Shown: positions 15,867 to 23,473 of the stretch, in pieces
Position numbering within the stretch: position 1 is the stretch's first letter
How the letters are laid out: every line of letters begins with the position of its first letter
From: Candidatus Saccharimonadota bacterium
GTDB lineage: Bacteria > Patescibacteriota > Saccharimonadia > Saccharimonadales > Saccharimonadaceae
DNA length: 32,000 nt
Reading direction: 5' to 3'
Assembly: GCA_025349965.1 (NCBI GenBank)
Contig: CP075337.1
Coordinates: 570,001-602,000, forward strand
Program-made: the position numbers and the translations under genes
Notes under the pieces: model-generated
Seen by the model: the letters and a program-made list of their open reading frames with translations, nothing else
Database searches by the model: none
What the model was told of the DNA's origin: nothing

Positions 15867-16721
15867 TTATCGATACCCCTGCATGCGACGGTCAAACCAG
15901 GCGTTGTGGCTATCCCTATAGCGCTGAATAGGGCGACGCATAGCAAGCGATACAGCGCGTGCGCCAAGCTCCCTCTTGGTAAGCTCATCTCGATCGCGAA
16001 TAAACTCAGCTGAACGACGCATCATCTCAGTGTCGATGCCTAGCACGTTCGCAGTGCTTCGTGCTGCATAGAGTTCCTGCGCACGCTTATGAGCTTCTGG
16101 GGTAATACTATCCGCGCTTTGCACGTCCCGAGCTATCTCGCTCGTAGAACGTGACTCCCTGTAGCCGCTGGCAATGTCGTCGATATCAGACATAAAGACA
16201 CCAACCCACTCCTGCGGATCCTGGTACGGGCCGACGTTCTTATTGTCATTACGCTTACCACCCGCTTCGATATAGCCGTCCATCTGTGCGCGAGTTGTTA
16301 ATGTGTAGTATGGAGTGCCATCACTACCCCTCGTAACCCCAAGCTGCTCTGTCATATGACCAAAAAGTTGAGCGGTTCTCGCATCGCCTGCAAGCTGCTT
16401 CACGCTTTCACGAAGTCCATCGGTGCGAGTAATTTCTCGTATAGTATGAAGACCGTTCTCGTCATTTGTGCCGATCTTATCCATGTGCGAGAGAATCTCG
16501 TCAGCATTCATAACGCCGACTTCAGCATTTGAACTCTCGACACCGCCATGGCGCACGAGCGAACCGATGAAGCGATCGACAATTACCCTTCCCTGCTCTG
16601 CCTCGGGAAGCTTTTGAATCTCCTCGTCGGCAAGGAGGGTGGTAACCACCTCGTTGAGTGGGGGTGTTGTATCTTTTTTTACTTCAAATGAGTGTGTGGT
16701 GATTTTTTCTTGAGATGTCAT
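15867..16721 (-). CDS. hypothetical protein
   Basis: The maximal ORF reaches 16760, but its first 13 codons overlie -10-like elements (TGCTAATAT, TATACT). ATG 16721 (MTSQEK...) is the likely start, giving 284 aa. No recognisable domain. Terminators flank it on both sides. Confidence 0.65.
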   Translation of the reverse strand: MTSQEKITTHSFEVKKDTTPPLNEVVTTLLADEEIQKLPEAEQGRVIVDRFIGSLVRHGGVESSNAEVGVMNADEILSHMDKIGTNDENGLHTIREITRTDGLRESVKQLAGDARTAQLFGHMTEQLGVTRGSDGTPYYTLTTRAQMDGYIEAGGKRNDNKNVGPYQDPQEWVGVFMSDIDDIASGYRESRSTSEIARDVQSADSITPEAHKRAQELYAARSTANVLGIDTEMMRRSAEFIRDRDELTKRELGARAVSLAMRRPIQRYRDSHNAWFDRRMQGYR

Positions 16722-16769
16722 ATTTTTTGTTTTAGTAAGTATATAGCCATATATTAGCATAAACTTGAT

Positions 16770-16794
16770 AAAAAAGCAAGCCCCTTGTGGGGCT
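16770..16794 (-). terminator. rho-independent terminator after the orphan receiver gene
   Basis: Minus strand reads agcccc-acaa-ggggct, then TGCTTTTTT. Confidence 0.7.
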
Positions 16795-16819
16795 ATGCTA
16801 TATGTCTTACTGTTGGCGA

Positions 16820-17206
16820 CTAGGCGGCGACAATACCGAGATGGTGGCGAACGCGGTCAATCACATCACCAATTACTACCTGCGACTTTACGAGGTAATC
16901 ATCAACACCGAGCGCTTCGGCGCGCTCTTTGTCTTTTGGTTGGCTAAGCGCAGTGAGCATAATAACGTGAATGTTTGCAGTCTCGGGTGTATTGCGAAGA
17001 ATATCAAGTACATCAAACCCACTAATTTTTGGCATCATCGCATCAAGCAAGATGAGATCTGGTTTAAATTTTACCGCTTCAGAAAGAGCGTCTTCGCCGT
17101 TCGGCGCCCATGCAGTTTCAAAGCCCTCAATTTCAAGGCGTGACTTGTACACACCGGCTAGTGCTTCGTCGTCTTCAACAAGTAGAATTTTCTTTTTGGC
17201 TTCCAT
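16820..17206 (-). CDS. response regulator, receiver domain only (CheY/DivK-like)
   Basis: 128 aa. ILLVEDDE, PDLILLDAMMPKISG, VIMLTA, DDYLVKS. No output domain. Confidence 0.88.
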   Translation of the reverse strand: MEAKKKILLVEDDEALAGVYKSRLEIEGFETAWAPNGEDALSEAVKFKPDLILLDAMMPKISGFDVLDILRNTPETANIHVIMLTALSQPKDKERAEALGVDDYLVKSQVVIGDVIDRVRHHLGIVAA

Positions 17207-17213
17207 ATCTTGT

Positions 17214-17242
17214 ATTGTACTATGGTGTCCCTATAAGCACAA
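17214..17242 (-). promoter_or_regulatory. promoter of the orphan receiver gene (TTGTGC-17-TACAAT), -10 box 7 nt before the ATG
   Basis: Plus strand attgta at 17214-17219 and gcacaa at 17237-17242. ATG at 17206. Confidence 0.5.
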
Positions 17243-17281
17243 GCGGTGCACAGCCCGCCCCACCCTTTATAGGCATCCTGC

Positions 17282-18505
17282 CTAGCGAAGCTTCGAGAGC
17301 GCCGCATCAAGCTGAGGGTCACGACCTGCGTTGGCGTCCTCGGCTGTACGCTTCACGGACACGTCTGGTGTAATGCCCTTTTCAGAAATATTAAGACCGT
17401 TAGGCGTATACCAGCGAGCTACTGTCACCTTGAGCGTTGCATCGTTTGGAAGTTGAATGAGCTGCTGCACGCTTCCCTTCCCAAAAGTTGTTTCACCAAC
17501 AAGGGAGGCCGCCTTGTGATCGCGTAGTGCGCCAGCAACGATTTCACTTGCACTCGCACTACTTTGGTTTACAAGCACTACTGTCTTTACACCCCCCAAG
17601 ATTGCATCACTTCCAGTACGAAGCTCTTCAACAGTTTTACCGCCCTTGCGTTCCGAGACTACTACCTTATCGTTAAGCCAGATACCGGCAACTTCCTTAG
17701 CGGCCGTCACATACCCCCCACCGTTTCCGCGAAGATCAAGTACGACGCCCGTTACACCAGCGTCCTTGAAGTCACGAGCGACTTTGCGAGCAAGCGAGCC
17801 TGTGCTGTCATCAAAGCGAGACACCGTAAGTACGCCTACTCCGTCCTTGATTGTGCCGTACGCACTTGGATTGTTTACCTGCTGACGCGTCACAGACGCC
17901 TCAACACGCTCTCCTCCACGCGCAAGCGTCAACTTCACCGTTGTGCCTGCTTCACCGCGAATCTTGCCCACTACGTCGTTGAGGCTCTTCTTTTCGGTAG
18001 ATTCGCCGTTAACTTCTATAATTGCATCGCCAACCATAACGCCAGCTTTCTCGGCCGGATTATCTTGCAGGAGTCGCTCAACCACAGGGACACCGCTTCG
18101 CATACCAACCTCTACACCAATACCGCCACCAATATTACCCGTCAGGCTATTATTAAATTCTTCCGAGTCTTTGGCGTTAAGAAATACTGTGTACTGATCG
18201 CCAGCGGCTTCAACCAAACCACGGTTTGCACCTTCAACAAGCTCTTGGGTGTCAAGTTTACCATCAAAGCTACCGCGCAACTTGTTATAGGTAGTCTGGA
18301 CAGAGCTTAGGTCGAGCGTATCACCCTGAAAAAGAGGTGAAGTGCTCCCGGGGTAAAGTCGGACTGAGAGCGCCCCTGCAGCAAAAGCGAGCCCCCCAAC
18401 AATGAGACAGGTCATAAAAGTGCCAAGCCCTAGGCCTCGCTTTCTTTGCTCAATCTGTGGTGCACGCCGCGGTGAGACGTACGGCGCATCGTGCTGATTA
18501 CTCAT
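17282..18505 (-). CDS. S41-family carboxyl-terminal processing protease with PDZ domain
   Basis: 407 aa. N-terminal TM anchor, PDZ (PAEKAGVMVGDAIIEVNG), and S41 core (VLDLRGNGGGY, LVNQSSASASEIVAGAL, GETTFGKGSVQ). Confidence 0.9.
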   Translation of the reverse strand: MSNQHDAPYVSPRRAPQIEQRKRGLGLGTFMTCLIVGGLAFAAGALSVRLYPGSTSPLFQGDTLDLSSVQTTYNKLRGSFDGKLDTQELVEGANRGLVEAAGDQYTVFLNAKDSEEFNNSLTGNIGGGIGVEVGMRSGVPVVERLLQDNPAEKAGVMVGDAIIEVNGESTEKKSLNDVVGKIRGEAGTTVKLTLARGGERVEASVTRQQVNNPSAYGTIKDGVGVLTVSRFDDSTGSLARKVARDFKDAGVTGVVLDLRGNGGGYVTAAKEVAGIWLNDKVVVSERKGGKTVEELRTGSDAILGGVKTVVLVNQSSASASEIVAGALRDHKAASLVGETTFGKGSVQQLIQLPNDATLKVTVARWYTPNGLNISEKGITPDVSVKRTAEDANAGRDPQLDAALSKLR

Positions 18506-18544
18506 CTGTTTATTTCACCCTTCCCTATGGTTTCTACTCATTTA

Positions 18545-18574
18545 AGTATAGCACGAGGAAATGAGTGAAATAGG
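18545..18574 (-). repeat. 30-bp exact repeat, copy 2 (promoter module)
   Basis: Identical to 12882-12911. Here the -10 lies 39 nt upstream of the S41 protease ATG (18505). Confidence 0.9.
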
Positions 18575-18606
18575 CACTTGTAGCTATTTCCGAATGGCAA
18601 AAATAA

Positions 18607-18635
18607 GAAAAAGACGCCACTATGGACGCCTTTTT
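18607..18635 (-). terminator. probable rho-independent terminator after the CHAP hydrolase gene
   Basis: Minus-strand RNA AAAAAGGCGUCC-AUAGU-GGCGUCUUUUU. The 6-bp stem includes two G-U pairs and is flanked by an A-run and a U-run. It is not complementary on the plus strand. Confidence 0.5.
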
Positions 18636-18649
18636 ATATAAACCCTGGA

Positions 18650-19825
18650 CTACTTGATCTTCACAAACTTATCAAAAGTTGAAATCGGGAGCCACATGTC
18701 GCTGTACATTCCCCATCCAGCTCCGTAGTTGTAGTTGTACTGAGTAACACGAACTTGAGATCCGCTCACTTCCTCTACCCAGGCAACGTGCCCCGGTGTT
18801 CCAAGCATCACCGCAATTGAACCAGGCTGTGGAGCGCGTCCGAGGTCCCTGTAGCCAGCACGAACAGCGTTTCCGTAAAAGTCACCACCGTTACCCCACT
18901 GGTAGTAGATGCCGGTTTCCTTGGCAATCTTCCATGCAGCGTAGCTTGCACACTGACGGCACCCGTAGCCGCGTCCGTCACCGCCATTTCCATCCGCTCC
19001 ACCAGTTGAGAGATATCCCCACATCGGACAGTTTGCAGAATTCCATGGGTAATCACCAAGACTACCACCATTTACAACCTGACCGCCACCGCCAGCACTA
19101 ATACGTGCCGCGAGTGCTGCCTGTGCTGCGCGTGCATCTGCGATCTGCTTCTGGCGATCTTTTACAAGACCCTGGAAAGCAGCTTCATCATTCTGGGTTT
19201 TAGCAAGGATAGATGCCTGCTCTGCCTGCTTTGCAACAAGTCCGTCACGAGCAACCTTCTGCTCATCAAGCACCTTCGCTACTTCCTTCTTCTGATCTTG
19301 AAGTTGAGCGCGGAGGTCTTTCACCTTCTTGATAGTTGTATTGAGCGTATCCTTAACTGAGCTACGATATTCCTGCTTATCAAGGAAATCGCCGATATTC
19401 TGGCTACTTGCAAGCATTTCAATTGGAGAAACGGTGTCGCCTGCGTACATATCAACAATGGTCGCACCAAGCGCTTCGCGGTTCTTTTCGATTTCTTTTT
19501 CAGTATTGGCGATGTCGGCAGTAAGCTTATCGTGCTTTGCTTGGCTCAAATCAACCTGAGCCTGTAGCGCGTTCTTATCATTGGTGATTTGCGCCAATGT
19601 ATTGCTAAGGTTTACGGCTTCACCATTAAGGCGATCCGCTTCGGCTTGGAAGCGAGACATGTCAGCAGAAAGGTTACGAATTTTTGCATCGTACTCATCC
19701 GCTGAGACAGGACGGTTTGCATAAAGGAATCCGCCCACAGCGACTGCTGCAACTACGGCGAAGATTGCGCCGAACTTGGCTACCCGAGAGATTGAAGCTG
19801 GTGATGTGGTGGATCGCAGTTTCAT
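18650..19825 (-). CDS. secreted coiled-coil + CHAP-domain peptidoglycan hydrolase (PcsB-like architecture)
   Basis: The maximal ORF reaches 19930, but that extension covers a TTGACC-17-TGcTATAGT promoter. ATG 19825 gives MKLRSTTSPASISRVAKFGAIFAVVAAVAVGG (signal or anchor). About 230 aa of heptad-rich coiled coil follows, then a C-terminal CHAP domain (CRQCASYAAWK ... GHVAWVEEV ... QYNYN). Confidence 0.85.
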   Translation of the reverse strand: MKLRSTTSPASISRVAKFGAIFAVVAAVAVGGFLYANRPVSADEYDAKIRNLSADMSRFQAEADRLNGEAVNLSNTLAQITNDKNALQAQVDLSQAKHDKLTADIANTEKEIEKNREALGATIVDMYAGDTVSPIEMLASSQNIGDFLDKQEYRSSVKDTLNTTIKKVKDLRAQLQDQKKEVAKVLDEQKVARDGLVAKQAEQASILAKTQNDEAAFQGLVKDRQKQIADARAAQAALAARISAGGGGQVVNGGSLGDYPWNSANCPMWGYLSTGGADGNGGDGRGYGCRQCASYAAWKIAKETGIYYQWGNGGDFYGNAVRAGYRDLGRAPQPGSIAVMLGTPGHVAWVEEVSGSQVRVTQYNYNYGAGWGMYSDMWLPISTFDKFVKIK

Positions 19826-19835
19826 TACTGTATTT

Positions 19836-19864
19836 ACTATAGCATAAGCATGTTGACGGGTCAA
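19836..19864 (-). promoter_or_regulatory. promoter of the CHAP hydrolase gene (TTGACC-17-TGcTATAGT), -10 box 10 nt before ATG 19825
   Basis: Plus strand actatagca at 19836-19844 and ggtcaa at 19859-19864. Confidence 0.6.
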
Positions 19865-19953
19865 GACTCGGCGGCTGTAATTATGTAGTAATTTTGTACA
19901 CAAAGAAGTGTGCGTTTTTACACCACACACTCCCCTGTTGTCTCAAAATTGTT

Positions 19954-20943
19954 TTATGAATTTGGCTTAAGATAGCGGCGCGTTGCAAGCACTGATGAAA
20001 CGACACCGATAAGCGCACCGACAATAATCATCGCAAGAAGTACAAACCCGATATAATACGTACCGAGTTGCAAGGTTGGTTCTACTGCCACACCAAACTT
20101 ACGAAGCGCAGGCGCCGCAAGATACAGCAAGGTGTACCCAAGCCCTGTTGCAATGAGTGCCGCGAAAACCCCATACACCACCGCCTCCACGATAAACGGC
20201 CCTCTGATGAATGACCTATCAGCGCCAATGAGTTTCATCATCTGAATTTCTTCGCGACGATTAAAGATGGCCATGCGGATGGTATTAAAGATGATAAGCG
20301 TTGAAATCACTACGAAAACAGAGCTGGCGATGATACCAATACGCTGCAGGAACGTTGCCGTGCGCGCAATAGACTCGATTGAAGCACGCCTATCACCAGC
20401 AAACGATGGCGCATGTCCTGGATCGAGGTGTTCTTTAACCGTCTTGCTATTCTCAACAAGGCCTACCAGCTGACTCGTGTCATTAATATCGACAACCTTG
20501 ATGCTAATTGTCCAGAAGAATTGGTTTGAGGCCTCTTTGATGGCGTCAAGTGTATTACTGCTATTTTTATTCGCCTGGATAAACTCTTCGCGGGCTTGAG
20601 CAGGAGTCTTGACTGATGTTTCAATAACAGAATCGAGCTTATTGACCTCAGCAACAACTTTATTTACGTCCTCTTGCTTCGTCTGGTTCTTGAGATAGAT
20701 AGACATACTCACCTTGTCTCGAAAATCCTCAAGCGTACTATTAAGAACGCTCTGCGCAATGACACTCGCAAGGATAACGAGGAGGGTGATGGTCATAACT
20801 GCCGTCGCGGCAATAGTAAGCCATGCGTTACGACTAAAATTGTTCACGCCATAACGGCACATGCGCACGAAGGTAATCCACTGTCGGCGACGCGCCTTCT
20901 GCTGGCTGAGTACTTTTGAATCTACTTTTTTCTTTTTTCCCAT
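19954..20943 (-). CDS. ftsX: cell division protein FtsX (permease-like)
   Basis: 329 aa. Basic N-terminus, TM1, large extracytoplasmic loop, then 3 C-terminal TM helices. GAGGAA Shine-Dalgarno 5 nt before the ATG. Directly downstream of ftsE. Confidence 0.9.
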   Translation of the reverse strand: MGKKKKVDSKVLSQQKARRRQWITFVRMCRYGVNNFSRNAWLTIAATAVMTITLLVILASVIAQSVLNSTLEDFRDKVSMSIYLKNQTKQEDVNKVVAEVNKLDSVIETSVKTPAQAREEFIQANKNSSNTLDAIKEASNQFFWTISIKVVDINDTSQLVGLVENSKTVKEHLDPGHAPSFAGDRRASIESIARTATFLQRIGIIASSVFVVISTLIIFNTIRMAIFNRREEIQMMKLIGADRSFIRGPFIVEAVVYGVFAALIATGLGYTLLYLAAPALRKFGVAVEPTLQLGTYYIGFVLLAMIIVGALIGVVSSVLATRRYLKPNS

Positions 20944-20960
20944 ACTTATTCCTCGGCCGA

Positions 20961-21644
20961 CTACTGGCGATAGCTTCCCTCTGCTTGATCACTTGTCACT
21001 TTTCCATCTTCCATGGTAATGACTCGACGTTTCAGCTTATTAACGATATCCGCGTTATGAGTTGTAAGAAGTACAGTGGTTCCGTACTTATTGATTTTTT
21101 CCAGAAGACGGACAATCTCCCATGTGTTCTTAGGGTCGAGATTTCCCGTTGGCTCGTCGGCAATAAGAATTTTAGGCTGACGCACAATAGCACGGGCGAT
21201 AGCGACGCGCTGGCGTTCACCACCAGAAAGCTGGCGCGGGAAGTTCTTCTCCTTGCCGGTAAGACCCACGAGGTCAATCACCTTCGGAACAGTACTCTTA
21301 ATCTCATGACTGGTCATGCCAGCAATCTCAAGTGCAAAGGCAACGTTTTCAAAAACAGTACGCTGCGGAAGAAGCTTAAAGTCCTGGAAGACAACACCAA
21401 TTTTACGGCGAAGCAGCGGAATCTGAGAATCCTTAAGTGTGTCGTAATCAATACCGCCAACCACAATCTTACCTTTGGTTGGTTTTTCCTCGCGGGTCAG
21501 AAGCTTAAGGAGTGTAGACTTTCCCGCCCCGGAGGAGCCAACAATAATAACGAACTCACGTGGCTCAACGAAAAGGCTGATGCGATTGAGTGCCGGAGCG
21601 AGATCTTTCCCGTATGTTTTTGTTACGCGATCTAGAAGAATCAT
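20961..21644 (-). CDS. ftsE: cell division ATP-binding protein FtsE
   Basis: 227 aa. Walker A GSSGAGKST, signature LSGGERQRVAIARA, Walker B ILIADEPTGNLD. Confidence 0.93.
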   Translation of the reverse strand: MILLDRVTKTYGKDLAPALNRISLFVEPREFVIIVGSSGAGKSTLLKLLTREEKPTKGKIVVGGIDYDTLKDSQIPLLRRKIGVVFQDFKLLPQRTVFENVAFALEIAGMTSHEIKSTVPKVIDLVGLTGKEKNFPRQLSGGERQRVAIARAIVRQPKILIADEPTGNLDPKNTWEIVRLLEKINKYGTTVLLTTHNADIVNKLKRRVITMEDGKVTSDQAEGSYRQ

Positions 21645-21652
21645 TTAATCTT

Positions 21653-21661
21653 ATTGTAGCA
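21653..21661 (-). promoter_or_regulatory. extended -10 TGCTACAAT, 8 nt before the ftsE start
   Basis: Plus strand attgtagca. ATG at 21644. Confidence 0.55.
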
Positions 21662-21720
21662 TAAGCAGGTTTACTATTTCCAGAGGCTCATGACTCGAAA
21701 GATACTTCGCAACTACTCGC

Positions 21721-22794
21721 CTAGCTCATCTCCAAGAATGCTTCCATAAATCCATCGAGATCGCCATCCAATACACCCTGGGCGTTATTGGTTTCATGTT
21801 TTGTACGTACATCCTTTACAAGCGTATATGGATGCAGTACATAGTTGCGGATCTGCGCACCCCAGCTTGCCGACTCCCCCGCTTGCAGTTCTGCAACTGA
21901 CGCGGCGTGTTGTTCAAGCTGCAGTTGCGCAAGCTTTGAGCGAAGTAATTTCATGGCCGTTTCTTTATTTTGCAATTGAGAGCGTTCGTTTTGAATTGCC
22001 ACAACAATATTTGTTGGAATGTGAGTAATGCGGACCGCAGAGTCGGTTGTATTGACCGACTGCCCACCATGGCCACCGGCGCGGTAGACGTCAATTTTAA
22101 GATCTTTTTCATCAACCTGTACCTCTTCAGGCGCATCAATCTTAGGCAGCACTTCAACCAGCGCAAAACTTGTCTGGCGAAGATTATCACTATTAAACGG
22201 GCTGAGGCGTACGAGACGATGAACACCATGCTCTGACTTCAGCTTGCCGTACGCAAATGGTCCGCTTACTTCAATCACGACAGATTTCAGCCCCGCTTCT
22301 TCGCCGGAAGAACGTTCAAGGTTTACCGTGGTCATTTCAGCTTTCTCGGCCCAACGAAGATACATACGCTCAAGCATCTCCGTCCAATCTTGAGCATCAG
22401 TACCGCCAGCACCGGCGCTTAAGCGGAGGATTGCATCATGGTCGTCATACTCACCGTCAAACAAAAGGTCCTTACGGAGTGTTTCGTACTCCTTTTCAAG
22501 TGCCGAAATCTGCCCATCAAACTCCGCGGCGAGCTCATCGTCACCAAGTTCCATAAGTTCAGTAAGGTCGTCTGCTTGCGCCTTAAGCGTGAGCCACGGG
22601 TCAACCGCCTTTTTAAGGGCTGCTAATTGCCGGCTCAAATCTTGAGCGTGTTGCGGATTGTGCCAGATTTCTGATGTTGCAAGTTGCGCTTCAATCTCAT
22701 CAATACGCCCCTGCTTTTCGTCAATTGCGAGTTTTGCAAGCGCCGTGTCAATCTGTGGGCGGAGGTCGTTCAGTCGTTTTTGAAGAGGTTGCAT
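21721..22794 (-). CDS. prfB: peptide chain release factor 2 (single uninterrupted ORF, no +1 frameshift site)
   Basis: 357 aa. SPF tripeptide (RLVRLSPFNS) marks RF2, and the GGQ motif (GGHGGQSVNTTDSAVR) is present. The N-terminal region is contiguous with the body. Confidence 0.93.
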   Translation of the reverse strand: MQPLQKRLNDLRPQIDTALAKLAIDEKQGRIDEIEAQLATSEIWHNPQHAQDLSRQLAALKKAVDPWLTLKAQADDLTELMELGDDELAAEFDGQISALEKEYETLRKDLLFDGEYDDHDAILRLSAGAGGTDAQDWTEMLERMYLRWAEKAEMTTVNLERSSGEEAGLKSVVIEVSGPFAYGKLKSEHGVHRLVRLSPFNSDNLRQTSFALVEVLPKIDAPEEVQVDEKDLKIDVYRAGGHGGQSVNTTDSAVRITHIPTNIVVAIQNERSQLQNKETAMKLLRSKLAQLQLEQHAASVAELQAGESASWGAQIRNYVLHPYTLVKDVRTKHETNNAQGVLDGDLDGFMEAFLEMS

Positions 22795-22802
22795 ATGTAT
22801 CT

Positions 22803-22824
22803 ATTGTACTACGAAAGGTATACT
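22803..22824. promoter_or_regulatory. back-to-back -10 boxes in the 37-bp prfB/murI divergent spacer
   Basis: Minus-strand TACAAT (22803-22808) lies 8 nt before prfB ATG 22794. Plus-strand TATACT (22819-22824) lies 7 nt before murI ATG 22832. Confidence 0.55.
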
Positions 22825-22831
22825 AAGGGAT

Positions 22832-23473
22832 ATGAAGATTGGTGTATTTGACTCTGGACGCGGTGGCGTAGCTGTTGCCAGCAAACTTCGCGCACTCCTC
22901 CCCGATGCGGAGATTGTTAGTATTGACGATAACGAACACGTACCCTATGGCGGTCGCTCGGCCAAGGAGATTTTCACGCTCACTAACACGGCACTTCAAC
23001 CGCTCCTTGACGGCACCTTTGACACAATTGTTATCGCCTGCAATACTGCAACAACAAATGCCATCGAACAGTTGCGAAGTACTTACCCATCACAACACTT
23101 CGTAGGGCTCGAGCCAATGGTTAAACCGGCAGCAGAGGTCACAAAGACCGGGAACATCGCCGTTCTTGCCACACCAGCAACGCTTGCCAGTTCACAGTAT
23201 GCACAGCTCAAAGCAACGTATGCAAATGATGTGACTGTTATTGAACCCGACTGTAGTAGCTGGGCTGCTCTTATTGAGAAAGATCAGATAGGTAGTATTC
23301 CGCTAGAGGAAACTATCGCCTTACTCAAAAATCAAGCCGTAGACGTTATTGTGCTTGCTTGCACGCACTATCACTGGTTTGAAGATGCTATTAAAAAACT
23401 TTCCGGAGAGTCAATAACTGTCCTTGAGCCAACTGACGCAATACGCAATAGAATCTTGGATATTATTCGGTGA
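22832..23473 (+). CDS. murI: glutamate racemase (short form, 213 aa)
   Basis: MKIGVFDSGRGGVAVASKL, VIACNTATT and VLACTHYH provide the two catalytic Cys motifs. Confidence 0.88.
   Translation: MKIGVFDSGRGGVAVASKLRALLPDAEIVSIDDNEHVPYGGRSAKEIFTLTNTALQPLLDGTFDTIVIACNTATTNAIEQLRSTYPSQHFVGLEPMVKPAAEVTKTGNIAVLATPATLASSQYAQLKATYANDVTVIEPDCSSWAALIEKDQIGSIPLEETIALLKNQAVDVIVLACTHYHWFEDAIKKLSGESITVLEPTDAIRNRILDIIR

Noticed and set aside
16719-16750. 10-codon upstream mini-ORF (ATGGCTATATACTTACTAAAACAAAAAATATGA) whose stop overlaps ATG 16721
   Set aside because: Its ATG directly abuts the TAATAT -10 hexamer and overlaps a second TATACT box. It would probably lie upstream of the transcription start. No evidence supports it beyond the overlap.
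17221-17281. Possible terminator hairpin after the S41 protease gene (cctataa ... ttatagg with a 27-nt loop)
   Set aside because: The loop is too large and there is no U-tract. The region also contains the -35 box of the downstream receiver promoter. I did not call it a terminator.
17564-18310. 248-aa plus-strand ORF
   Set aside because: It is antisense to the S41 protease gene and has no supporting signals.
19826-19930. 35-codon N-terminal extension of the CHAP hydrolase ORF
   Set aside because: The extension covers a TTGACC-17-TGcTATAGT promoter. The protein from ATG 19825 begins with a typical signal or anchor sequence.
20916-21635. 239-aa plus-strand ORF
   Set aside because: It is antisense to ftsE, which has complete Walker A, signature and Walker B motifs on the minus strand.
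21721-22794. Programmed +1 frameshift site in prfB
   Set aside because: I looked for a short leader ORF ending in CTT TGA C. The ORF is continuous from its promoter-proximal ATG, so no frameshift is needed.
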